DNA of 64,000 bases, from NCBI RefSeq assembly GCF_009914755.1, contig NC_060925.1. The stretch is one strand, 5' to 3'. The position numbers were made by a program, and so were the translations under genes. Below are positions 41,505 through 61,011 of this stretch, in pieces (the stretch's first letter is position 1; each line of letters opens with the position of its first letter). Under the pieces are notes generated by a model. It searched no databases. It worked only from the letters and a program-made list of their open reading frames with translations, and was not told the origin of the DNA. Source of the stretch: the human T2T-CHM13v2.0 reference genome, Homo sapiens.

Positions 41505-42283
41505 TGATCCACCTGCCTCGGCCTCCCAAAGTGTTGGGATTACAGGCGTGAGCCACCACCCCCGGCCTATTATCCCCATTTTATATACAAGGCAACCAAG
41601 TTCAGAGAGGTTAAGTCTGAGGTCGCAGAGTGACTAGCAGAGTGGAGGATTCAAACCGATGCCAGAGGGTTGGAGGATTTCACCACCCATAACCTCCAGC
41701 AGCAGTTGGCAGCCCACTCCAGAGAAACACACGCCGTAAGTAAGCAGTGTGTTTACTATGAAATATATCAAGACAAGTCCTCTGTTTCTCCCTTAACCAG
41801 ACTGCCACTCTCCCTCTTAGAAATTCTTGAGTCACCTCTGTCTCTGACTCAAACCCTCTGACTCAAACTATCTGACTCTGGAACAGTTGCTCTTAACCCT
41901 CCTGCTATCCCACCTGCTCTGTCTGTAGAGCTGCATGAACCCGACCGAACTGAATAGGATGTGCAAGGACATGATATATGAGAAGACTTGAGTTCCAGTC
42001 CTGACTATGGCACTGCCAGACACAGCTTTTAAGTTGTCTTCAGCATTTACATACTATTAACCCATACTTGGCCTCGTCTGATCCTCAAAAAACTTGGCTT
42101 ATTGAAGAAGGCAAGTTTATATTTCCATTGTATAAATAAAAAAGCCAAGGTCTGAAAAAATAAAATATATAGTAGGGCCAGGCGCATGCCTGTAATCCCA
42201 GCACTTTGGGAGGCTGAGGCGGGCAGATCACGAGGTCAGGAGATCCAGACCATCCTGGCTAACATGGTGAAACCCTGTCTCTA

Positions 42284-42754
<471 letters not shown>

Positions 42755-42801
42755 TCAGAAACTGAAGTTTCAAACCTGGTCCCATTACTTCAATTTTTAT
42801 T

Positions 42802-42840
<39 letters not shown>

Positions 42841-43786
42841 TTTTGGGACAAACTCTTGCTCTGTCGCCCAGGCTGGAATGCAGTAACGTGATCTCTGCTT
42901 ACTGCAACCTCCGCCTCCCGGGTTCAAATGATTCTCCTGCCTCAGACTCCTGAGTAGCTGGGATTACAGGCACACGGCACCACGCCTGGCTAATTTTTGT
43001 ATTTTTAGTAGAGGCGAGGTTTCACCATATTGGTCAGTCTGGTCTCGAACTCCTGACCTCATGATCCGCCCACCTCAACCTCTCAAAAGTGCTGGGATTA
43101 CAGGTGTGAGCCACCCCATCCGGCCCCTATTACTTCAATTGATGATTGATCTTGGGTAAGTTGCTTGCCTCCTCTGTGTCAATTTACTCGTCTGTAAAAC
43201 AGGATATCTACTTCTTAGTATTGTTCAGAAGACTAAACGGAGAAATACAGTTGTTGTGCATTGTCTCGGTATCTAGAAAAATGTCTGGCACACAGTAGGT
43301 GCTCAATTAATGTTAGCTAACTGTGATCTCTTGTTAGCTGATGTTTCTCTAATAGTAGATTCTTAGCCAAGACACTTCCACTCTCTGGCCTTTTGTGCTG
43401 TACAACATTATCCATCAAGGACTGGGTGGAAAAAACCTAGTTCCTTTTGCCTCTAGTGCCTCTAGTAAAATGAAAGAGTTGGGCTGGTGGATATCTAAGA
43501 GTCTGTCAATACTGAGAGTCCCTTCTAACCCAGGTCCCTCCCTGAGGAAATCCCCATCATGACAAGCACTCAGAGAAGTTGGTTGGTACAGAGTTTCTCT
43601 GCTGGTTACCCCAGGTGTGGTGTGGACCCCAGAAGGATGACAGGTAAGGGGACTGCAAGACACACACCCAATCCTAAAAGAAAGAAGTCATCCTTGACTC
43701 CTGTCTTTCATTCTCATAGCTACCAACCTCTGCTCCTGCAGTCAACAAATATTTATTAAGTGCCTGCTATCTGACAGGCGGTGTTC

Positions 43787-44384
<598 letters not shown>

Positions 44385-44771
44385 GGCACTGTTCTTATCT
44401 CTGCGGATGAAGTTGTGAACGTGACCCAAACTCACTGCCCCCATGGTGCCTTCATTCTCATCAGTTTGACCTCTCTATTTTTCAAGTCCATCCCTCCTTC
44501 CCCATTCCCATCACCAGGGCTCTCCCAGGTCCCAGCCTCATTTTCCATTCCTTAGCCATTCCAGTACATTCCTATCTCCCTGCTCTAGTTCTCTTTTTCT
44601 ATACCAGTTGCCAGAGGAACTTTTCTAACTTGCAAATCTTGCCTTATCACTCTCCAGCTTAAAAATTCCTTAATGGCGGCCGGGCGCGGTGGCTCACGCC
44701 TGTAATCCCAGCACTTTGGAAGGCCAAGGCGGGCGGATCACGAGGTCAGGAGATCCAGACCATTCTGGCTA

Positions 44772-45047
<276 letters not shown>

Positions 45048-45200
45048 TCATGAGATGCTCTCTGCTGACCCCTCCTGGCTCAGCTCTCTCCACACCCTCC
45101 TCTTCCCCCAAGTTCAGTCCCCACCAAAGGTCCTGCCCTTCCCTCCGACTGCCAAGCCCTTTTCCTCCTTGTTGCCTGCCTGGGGAAAAACTCTTCTTCA

Positions 45201-45495
<295 letters not shown>

Positions 45496-46097
45496 TCAAA
45501 AAAAAATTCACCTCCTACATGAAGCCTTCCTGGGCTGTTTATAGGGGAGAGGGTGCCATGAGCTAAGGAAGCACTAGAGCAAAACACGCAAGGGCTCAGG
45601 CTCTGGAGCAGAACTTTTTTTTTTTTTTTTTGAGAGACAGAGTCTCGCTCTGTCACTATATGTTGGCCAGTCTGGTCTCGAACCCCTAACCTCAAGTGAT
45701 CCACCCGTCTAGGCCTTCCAAACTGCTGGGATTACAGGCATGAGCCACCGTGCCTGGCCTGGAGTAGAACTATATAATCCTGCCTAATCCTGGCGCTATC
45801 GTTTACCAGCTAGGTACTCAGGCAACGCTCTTATCCTCTCTGAGCCTCAGTTTCCTCATCTATGAAATGGACACATCGATAATACTTCCCTTGTAAGATC
45901 GTGGTAAAGAGTATATGAGGCCAGGCCGGGCGCGGTGGCTCACACCTGTATTCCCAGCACTTTGGGAGGCCGAAGTGGGCAGATCACAAGGTCAGGAGTT
46001 CGAGACCAGCCTGAACAACATGGTGAAACCCCGTCTTTATTAAAAATACAAAAATTAGCCAGGCATGGTGGCGTGCACCTGTAATCCCAGCTACTCA

Positions 46098-46943
<846 letters not shown>

Positions 46944-46977
46944 TCACGAGGTCAGGAGTTCAAGACCAGCCTGATCA

Positions 46978-47199
<222 letters not shown>

Positions 47200-47785
47200 T
47201 TAACATTAAATTTAAAAAATTTTTTTAAAAAGGAGTAAATGAGATAATGTGTGAAAAGTTCTTGGAATAGTGCCTAACGCATGCCAAATCAACAATGAAT
47301 GTGAGCTACGAGTCTTCTTGTAGAGGGGAAAAACATTTTCTGAGTTCCTGCTATGTGGTAGGCACTTTTACATGTGTTATCTCATTTAATTCTCACAACC
47401 CATGAATAAGGTATTCATTACATACAGAAGCCTACAAAAACTAAAGTTCAGAGAGGTGAAGTAGCTTGCCCAAAGTTGCACAGCTAGGTACTGGCAGAGA
47501 TGGGTTTCAAACTCAAGGGGCTGTATAGCTTCAAAGCCCAGGCTCTTTGGTGTTATTTCTATTATTATACCTCCTACAACTATTATTAATAATCATAAAA
47601 TATGTTATCCTTTTATTTTAAGATTTAGAGATAAATTTCCCCCTGCTTAATAAATTTGAAACCTCTTGGCTGGGCGCAGTGGCTTAGGCCTGTAACCCCA
47701 GCACTTTGGGAGACCAAGGTGGGTGGATCACCTTAGGCCGGGAGTTCGAGACCACCCTGACCAACGTGGTGAAACCCTGTCTCTA

Positions 47786-48085
<300 letters not shown>

Positions 48086-48088
48086 TCA

Positions 48089-48545
<457 letters not shown>

Positions 48546-49580
48546 TAGGATGATCTCGATCTCCTGACCTGGTGATCCACCCGCCTTGGCCTCCCAAAGT
48601 GCTGGGATTACAGGCGTGAGCCACCGCGCCCGGCCTGTTATTTTATTTTTTAGAGACAGGGGTCTCACTCTGTTGCCCATGCTGCGGTGCAGTGGCGCAA
48701 TCATAGCTCAATGTAGCCTTGAACTCCTGGGCTCCGGTGATCCTCCTGCCTTAGCCTCCCAAGTAGTTGGGATTACGAGCAAGCTACTAAGCCTAGCTGT
48801 TTCTTCTGCTTCCTTTTCCCTTATCCCCTAGTTTGAATCCAAGGGCAGTCCCCTTCCTGGCACAGCAAGCAAAATAAAGTGAAGCCCCTGGAGGCTCAGG
48901 CTCCACAGCAAGACCACAGAGAAGACCAGCCCTCTCCCATTGCCACAAAGACAAGAGATAGCTTGAAAGAAGACAGCTAAAAGTGGTGGGTAAACATTTA
49001 AGCCCCAGCACCTGTTGGCTTGAATTTGCATGTTCTATGACTAATCCTCTGCTCTGTACACAAACTCTCCTTTACCTGCCGGGCTAATGTCCCATTCTAA
49101 ACAAATTTTGTCCTAAAGGCCACTAACGTTTCACTGCTAGCCCAAAGCTAGACCATTTTCTCAGCGGCAGTGAGTGACAGCAGGGTTCAAGGGCAGGAGA
49201 GCCAATATGACAGATGGTTCTAGCTGTGAGTTCTAGCTGTGGGTGGCAGAGAGAGGGAAGTTGGGCCGCTTGAAGCTGCTTAGTCTGCCAACTTGTAAGA
49301 GATTCTGCATCACAGTCACAACCTATCCTGTGCAACCCTGCCCAGAGCCAGGAGAGCAAAGGGGCCCTGCTGTAGTTAACACTCAACTCCAGAAACTGTA
49401 AACACAAAAGCAAACACCATGGTTGGCTGGCAGCCTGGGGGCACTATGGCTTTACACCAGCAGCTTCGAAAGGACACAGAAACCATGGGGTAAGAGTCCA
49501 AAGGGTGGAGAGTCAACTGGGGTGGGTAGGTGAATACCCAGCAACCCACCCACCCCCAGGGAGCCTGGGGTCTTACCTAC

Positions 49581-49691
49581 CTGGACAGGCCCTGGCAACT
49601 TCGTGGAGGAACATCCTGGTTTGTGAACCAAAGGGCAGTTGGAATACGAGGCTAAGCTCTGCTGTGTCCAGCTGGACGGTCACATCTGAGC
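49581..49691 (-). CDS. INPP5B: INPP5B exon 6 (111 nt; GSDVTVQLDTAELSLVFQLPFGSQTRMFLHEVARACP)
   Basis: tgtgcag| acceptor and CAG|GTAGGT donor, phase 1-1. Lies within ORF 49573-49869. Confidence 0.95.
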
Positions 49692-50182
49692 CTGCACAAA
49701 GGAGGCAGGAAATGAACCCTTGGCTGCCAGGAGCTAAGTGCTTGATGCAGCCTAAGCCTGAGAATGGAGAATCAGCAACCCAGACTCCCAAAGCCCCTTC
49801 AGCCCTTAAGCAACTTACTTGGGACAGCTGCTGGGACAACAAGGAAACCCTCTGTACCCTGAGTTCCAAATTAACATCATCCCCTCTTTATACAGGAGGC
49901 AGAAGAAGGCTCTGAAAAGTCAGTAAGCCTCAACTGCAGTACTAGATGGAACTGGGAAAGAACAGGTTCTCTGGATGTGTAGTCTGTTCCCCTCCCGATG
50001 AAATGAAAAGCACATAGAGGCAGACAAGAGGGAATGTCCATGGGTCAGTCTACCTGACTATGCCAGGTAGTGTGATAGGCACAGGGAATACCATGGTGAA
50101 GAGAATACACGTGGGCCCGTCTCAGGGAGCTAGACTGTAGAAGGCTTCCCTATTCATAGCATATACCCAATACCGGGCACAT

Positions 50183-50223
50183 GGTGAGCACTCAAACCAT
50201 GTGCTGAACTAACAGACAAACAG
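50183..50223 (+). repeat. 41-bp perfect dispersed repeat, copy 1 (in an L2-like 3' end)
   Basis: GGTGAGCACTCAAACCATGTGCTGAACTAACAGACAAACAG is identical to 54854-54894. Confidence 0.95.
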
Positions 50224-50401
50224 AAGCAACCTAGCAGAGCGATTAAGAGTGTGGGCTAGGCTGGGCACAGTGACCCATGCCTGTAATCCCAGCACTTTGG
50301 GAGGCCAGGGCAGGAGGATTACTTAAAGCCAGGAGTTTGAGACCAGCTTGGAAAACACAATGAGACACCACCCCCCGCCACCCAATCTCTATAAAAAATT
50401 A

Positions 50402-50617
<216 letters not shown>

Positions 50618-50643
50618 TCAGGAGATCGAGACCATCCTGGCTA

Positions 50644-50971
<328 letters not shown>

Positions 50972-51104
50972 TTACCTTGTCCATAAAATGGAGATGCAAA
51001 CAGTGATAACCTCATAGAGCTGTGAGAAAAGCCTGATTTAGGCCCGGTGCGGTGGCTCATGCCTGTAATCCCAGCACTTTGGGAGGCCGAGGTGGGGTGG
51101 ATCA

Positions 51105-52127
<1,023 letters not shown>

Positions 52128-52532
52128 TGATCTTGGCCCCCCCAAAGTGCTGGGATTACAGGCGTGAGCCACTGCCCTGGCCTAATTTCAGGGGTTTAAC
52201 AAAGGCTGCCTGGGAAGAGAAATGCATGAATGGAAGCCCTGAAGGCTGAGTAGGAGTTGGCTAGGTGAAGAGATGTGAGGCTTGCAGGAGGAGAGGACAG
52301 CGTGTGCAGGGGCTCCGGGGTGAGAATGTGTGTTATCGGGGGAGACGGAAACAGCAGCAAGGAGGAGAGTGATGGGAGATGAGCCCACGGAGATGGGCTG
52401 TGCCAGATCCTACAGGGTCTTACTTGCTGCAATAAGTTTAGCAGGGGGTGCTCTTACTTTACACCATTCTTCTTTCTCTGAAAATCAGGCACCCCTGCCC
52501 CGAGTGGGACCCAGACCAAGAGGACCACTCAC

Positions 52533-52562
52533 CAAGGATGTAGAGTTCACCATCTGGGGACA
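52533..52562 (-). CDS. INPP5B: INPP5B exon 5 (30-nt micro-exon; VSPDGELYIL)
   Basis: ccccacag| acceptor and TTG|GTGAGT donor. The frame links exons 4 and 6. Confidence 0.9.
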
Positions 52563-52688
52563 CTGTGGGGAGGGAAATGAGAATGCCCTTAGCAATTGAG
52601 CTTACTCCCCCTTGCCCCCCCATCAAGGACAAAGATGAGCTGGGGGGCCCATAGGAGAGGATTCATACCACCCAGCCCCCTGTGGCAC

Positions 52689-52786
52689 CTTCTTCCAGCG
52701 TAAAATCCCGCGAGACTGGCACTATCTGGTCCAGAGAGACATCGTCCCCGGTAATGGCCATCCTCCGGTGCGTATAGAGGAAGAGA
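52689..52786 (-). CDS. INPP5B: INPP5B exon 4 (98 nt; LFLYTHRRMAITGDDVSLDQIVPVSRDFTLEE)
   Basis: cccttag| acceptor and AAG|GTGCCA donor. Encodes part of the N-terminal PH-like domain of INPP5B. Confidence 0.95.
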
Positions 52787-54648
52787 CTAAGGGCAGGAAG
52801 CAGAGGTGAGGATGGGGGCCCGCTGGCTGTCCCTCAGCCCTATCTTGGAGGTCTCGGGGTGCTCACACTCGCTCGTTGGTCCCTAACACTGTGCTGGTGG
52901 TGCCCTGGCTAGGCACACTCCTCATGCCATCTCTGTCTGTGGTGCCCATCAGAGACTGCAGTTTTATGGATGAGGTCATCAAACCAGAACTTTTCTCATC
53001 TGCAGGAGCCCCTGATTGTTAGTAAAACACAAACACATGTTTGATCTAACCATGGTGCATTCTAGCACTGTGTGTGACAGGAACAGTGCAACCTTAGCTA
53101 CCCACTTCTCTCCCTGAACCTGTTTCCCATCTGTAAAACTGGGGTGATGGATCAGAAAATGTCTAAGGCCCCCTCCCTCCCAGCTCCTAGACCCTGAGTC
53201 ACTTACCAGCTATGAGACCTTTGACAACTATTACTCTCTCTCTGCTTCTGTGTGGTATGTGGGTGTTACTAGACAACATTTATGGAGCACTTTCTTTTTT
53301 TTATTTATTATATTTTTTAAATTATTTGAAATAGAGATAGGGGTCTCACTATATTGCCCAGGCTGGTCTTGAACTCAAGCAGTCCTCCCAGCTCAGACTC
53401 CCAAAGTGTTGGGATTACAGGCATGAGCCACTGCACCCAGCCTTATTGAGCACTTTCTACACACCCCATGGTGTTCGTTTTTTTTTTCTTGTTTTTTTTT
53501 TTATAGAGACAGGGTCTTGCTGTGTTGCCCAGGCTGCAATCGTAGTTCACTGTAATCTCAAACTCCTCGGCTCATGTGATCCTCCCGCCTCAGCCTCCTG
53601 AGTAGCTGAGACTACAGGCATGCACCACAACACCCAGCTAATTTTCTTATTTTTTGTAGAGATGGAGCCGGGGAGCGGGAGGTGGGGCGGGGTAGGGGGG
53701 GCGGTCTCGCTATGTTGCCCAAGCTGGTCTCGAACTCCTAGGCTCAAGCAATCTTCCTGCCTCAGCCTCCCAAAGTGTTGGAATTACAAGCATGAGCTAC
53801 TGCACCTGGCCTAACTCACTTTACTCTTTAATATGGACAAATCGAGGAGTAAAACAACTTGCTCAAGATCATGTGGTTCCACCAGGTGCGGTGGCTCATG
53901 CCTAAAATTCCAACACTTTGGGAGGCTGAAGTGGGAGAATGACCTGAGGCCAGGAGTTCCAGCATGCAGCTATGAGTGCACTACTGCACTCCAGCCTGGG
54001 TGACAGAAAGAGACCCCGTCTCTAAAAAAAAGATCATGTGAGGCTGGGCACGCTGGCTCATGCCTGTAATCCTAGCACTTTGGGAGGCCAAGGCAGGTGG
54101 ATAACTTGAGGTCAGGACTTCAAGACCAGCCTGGCCAACGTGGTGAAACCCTGTCTTTACTAAAAATACAGAAATGAGCCAGGCATGGTGGCGGGCACCT
54201 CTGTAATACCAGCTCCTCAAGAGGCTGAAGCACGAGAATTGCTTGGACCTGGGACGCAGAGGTTGCAGTGAGCCAAGATCACCCCACTGCACTCCAGCCT
54301 GGGCAAAGACCAAGACTCCTTCTCAAAACAAACAAACAATAGATCATGTGGCTTGTTAGTAACAAAGCCTGGGTTTGAACCCAGGCATTTGGACCACGAG
54401 GCTCAAGATCTGGACTAGTATGTTAAACTGTCTCTTCTCAAGAAACTTCCTCCTTAGATCTTGAGGATTATGAGTTAGTACGTGTGCAGGGTTTAAAATA
54501 TAGTGTTCAAAAAATATTAACTATCATTGTGATAATTATTCTAGGAGACTCAGACCCTGCCCTGGAGGGACAGTTGAAGTTCAGCTGGAGGGTGCAGTGA
54601 TGAACAACCCCATGGCCCAGACAGGTGGGGACCAAGCCCCTCACTCAC

Positions 54649-54743
54649 GCGTGTTCCTGGCCGCCGTGCTCCAGGCGGTAGCGCACGAGTCCCAGGAGGC
54701 GGCTCTGCCGGCTGTCCCCCTCACACAGCACACCTTGCACCGC
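54649..54743 (-). CDS. INPP5B: INPP5B exon 3 (95 nt; AVQGVLCEGDSRQSRLLGLVRYRLEHGGQEHA)
   Basis: U12-type branch site TTCCCTTGAC followed by ccgcag|, and donor CGC|GTGAGT. The peptide is visible in ORF 54645-54890. Confidence 0.95.
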
Positions 54744-55144
54744 CTGCGGCTCAGAGTCAAGGGAAGACAACCCAGAGGCGAGGCCTCTCCCCACCCAGGC
54801 TGTCCCACCTTCCCTCTGTTCCCCTGCCCCCCCAGATTCACTGTGTGGCCTTGGGTGAGCACTCAAACCATGTGCTGAACTAACAGACAAACAGGCTCTC
54901 TAAGCCTTCCTTATCTATGAAATGAGGATAATAATCCCCAACTTCATAGGGAGTTAGGAGGATAACTGCGTATTTAAAGCATTTGGCTGAGAGTCCAGGA
55001 CTCAGTAAGTACTTAGTAAATACTGATTTCCTTCTCCCCTGATGGTTCAGAGGGGCAGGAGAGGGGATAGACACCTCGACACCTTCCATTCCTCTTCCCA
55101 AGGCCAGGGCAGGCTCAGGGCCGCAGTTAGCACAGGAAGGATAT
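54744..55144 (-). other. U12-type (minor spliceosome) intron with AT-AG termini, INPP5B intron 2 (401 nt)
   Basis: 5'ss ATATCCTTCC; branch TTCCCTTGAC with the branch A at -14; no polypyrimidine tract; ends GCAG. These boundaries are required to join CVI|AVQ in frame. Confidence 0.88.
54854..54894 (+). repeat. 41-bp perfect dispersed repeat, copy 2 (interrupting a MIR inside the U12 intron)
   Basis: Identical to 50183-50223. Flanked by MIR core CTGTGTGGCCTTGG and CTCTCTAAGCC..TTCCTTATCTATGAAATGAGGATAATAAT. Confidence 0.92.
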
Positions 55145-55201
55145 GATGACGCAGTATTCCCCCTCAGCCAGCGTCTCCTGGATTGCCACAGACTGGTCCA
55201 T
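55145..55201 (-). CDS. INPP5B: INPP5B first coding segment (exon 2 = 55145-55227; ATG at 55201; MDQSVAIQETLAEGEYCVI)
   Basis: cccacag| acceptor at 55228-55229, start context CAGCATGG, and donor |ATATCCTT (U12 consensus). Confidence 0.93.
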
Positions 55202-55882
55202 GCTGGCCCCTGCTGAGCGCACACACCCTGTGGGAGGGGAGATAGGAGCCCCGCTTTGGTCAACAAGTTACGCATGGGGTGGTGGAGCTGCCTCAGAGGG
55301 GTTGGGGGCAGGAGGGAGGGGCCTTTGCAGAGGGAGATGGTACCGGGGAGGCCTGATCCTCCTCCTCCTCCTCTTTGTCCTCCCTAGAATAGGCCTTTCA
55401 GTTTTTAGGGATAGGGGTCCAGTCCCTTTGCCCCGCTGGGATCTACAGTTTGCTATACTGCCTTTGTCTGGGAGGGCATCCAGTTGCTCTTGAGTGTGGT
55501 CTATCCTTGTTGGAAGTGGGGTACGTGGATTGGAGAAGGGGACCTAGTCCCTTTGCTCCTAGGACATGGCTCTTCCTCTCTTTTGGGGACAGTTTTTGTT
55601 CTGCTAGCGCCTCTCTGGGAGGTGTCAGTGGTGTGTCCATGTGGGGTTCAGGGAACATCCCCTTACTGTCATTCAGGAGGGTCCCATTCCTCTTTCCTTG
55701 GAGACAGGAAGTGTCCCATTGCTGCTTGCCCTTCACCCCCGCCCCAGCAGGCCCATTGCATCAGCTGCAGGCCGGGGGTTGGGGGGTGTCCCAGCCCTCA
55801 GCTTGCCCACTCCCTCCTGCCCAGCCCTGCCCTGGCTTTCCTGCTCTGCTCCCACCCACAGCTCCCTGACATTGTCACCTAC

Positions 55883-55950
55883 CTCCTGAGCTGTCACCAC
55901 AGGGCGCACGGGACTCCGCTGCCCCAGGTTCCGGGACAGTGACTACATTT
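55883..55950 (-). other. INPP5B: Probable non-coding exon 1 of INPP5B (5' end approximate)
   Basis: GAG|GTAGGT donor at 55882, directly downstream of a promoter-type motif cluster. The TSS cannot be determined from sequence. Confidence 0.65.
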
Positions 55951-56009
55951 CCCAACAGCCCCTGCGCCACATGGTGGTCAGTCAGCCTGCAAGTCCCAGC
56001 ATGCCCGAG
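55941..56009. promoter_or_regulatory. INPP5B promoter: ZNF143/THAP11 (SBS, ACTACAnnTCCCA) motif plus a second SBS-like site
   Basis: GACTACATTTCCCAACAGCCCCTGCG at 55941-55966 and CTGCAAGTCCCAGCATGCCC at about 55987-56006. Confidence 0.7.
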
Positions 56010-57340
56010 TCAATCGTGGGGTGGGGAGTCTCTCCATCCGTGTTAACCCCTTAGGCCCTGGGGTACACTGGGCTTCCTATACCAGAAAGGTTTTCTAATG
56101 ATTGCCCTCACTCCCATCCCCAGCCCTCTAGGTCATGGGGCCAGAGCTTCCCACCCAGAAGGAAGATGGTCACATTTTATCTTAGGGGAAGAATATAATG
56201 CATTTTTATTTTCTCCTTAGTTCCATCCTCAGCTCTTCTCACTCCAGGGTAGACAACCCGGACCTCTACTGAAACTCTTCCCCTAAAATAACTACCTTCT
56301 CCTGGTTTAATGGAGGGAGAACCAGACTATGAAGAACCATTATGTCCATTTTCCAGGTGGAGAAACTGAGCCTTGGATAGGTTAAGCAGTTTGACATTAA
56401 GTCCTGCAGCTAGCAGGTGGCAACACTGGGACTCCACTGAAAGTCTGACTGCAACTCCTGGGCCATTTATACCGCTACACACTGCCCTATTTCCTCCCTT
56501 AGCCCCACCCAGCCCTCCTGCCACACAGGGCTGTTTGAGGCTACTGGGTGTGAACGCACTTTATAAAGGGTATGACACTGTTCCTGTCCGGCAACGTCCT
56601 TCCCCTGATCCGCCTGGCTTTGTGACCTTGGCCAAGACCTTTCTTCCCTTGGGACTCAATTTCCCCATCTAAGATAAGGAGGTTACCCAAGATGGACAAA
56701 AAGAGCCAGCACAGGGACTGGGCACAGTGGCTCATGTCTGTAATCCCGGCACTTTGGAAGGCCAAGGAGGGAGGATCGCTTGAGGCCAGGAGTTTGAGAC
56801 CCCATCTCTAAAAAAAAATTTTTTTAAATTTAGCCGGGTATGGTGGTGCATGCCTGTAGTCCCAGCTACTTGGGAGGCTGAGGTGGGAGGATTGCTTGAG
56901 CCCAGGAGTTCAAGGCTGCAGTGAGCTGTGATTGCTCACCCAGCTCAGATAAGGAATGCTAGGATCATTCTCACTTGGCCTATTGGCTGTTTAATTAAGC
57001 TGTAAGCTCCCGTTGGACAGGACTATGCCTTTTCATCAACATACCAGCAGTTTCTGGCACACAGTTATCTATGGAGTTAGTGAATTACTTTCTGAACTAT
57101 TTTAATAAATACACCTTCTCTCAAGCTTTGGCCCAAACTGAAGGAATGGGCCTTCAGTGCTGGGGAGGGGGTGACTGTTGTGACTTGTGAACAGTTTCCC
57201 TTCCTCTTTCCCCAAGTGAAGTGGCCATCCTAATGACCAGTTCAACTTTGCATATGTAAACCCCTTCCAGAAACAGTCGTTGCCTTCTTCTCAATCCATT
57301 TCTTTTCCTGGAAACATCCACAGCACAAATGGAGCTCAAG

Positions 57341-57346
57341 TTTATT
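57341..57346 (-). terminator. Candidate AATAAA polyadenylation signal of the Ly6/uPAR-like pseudogene
   Basis: Minus-strand AATAAA about 500 nt after the TAG at 57842, followed by GU-rich TTTGTGCTGTGGATGTTT. Confidence 0.5.
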
Positions 57347-57841
57347 TGAATTCAGTGTCTAAGTCATGTGGACGATGAGGGGAAAGGGGATTGACTCAGA
57401 CCCTTAGGATCAAGGGGTGGGGTCACTGCAGGGAAGCAGAGGAACCCCAATTCCAGCCCTGCTCTAGTGTCAAAGCCTGGCGAGGAGGGTCTGGGCAAAG
57501 TAGATGGGGCTGTGTGCTTTTTATGATGAAGAAACTGTCCCTGCAGGATTTGGGGGTCCTCCCACTGGGTGGGGGTCAGGCAGGAGGTTTTCTGTTTTTC
57601 CAGACAAACCCTATCCTCTCCCTGAGATTAGGGCTGAGGGCCTGCCCCCTTGGGGGGTTCCATGGTCAGGCCTAGGCCCTAGAAGGGGAGAAGTGAGGAG
57701 CCTTAAGCCCAGAGCTGTGGGCTTGATAAAGGCCTTTTACTAAAGATGCAACTACAGGAATCAGAGCTGGAGGGGGACCTGAAGGCTTGTAGATCCTACA
57801 GGGTCTTCTTGACTGCTGCTCCCAGATTCTGCTGGGCCCAG

Positions 57842-61011
<3,170 letters not shown>

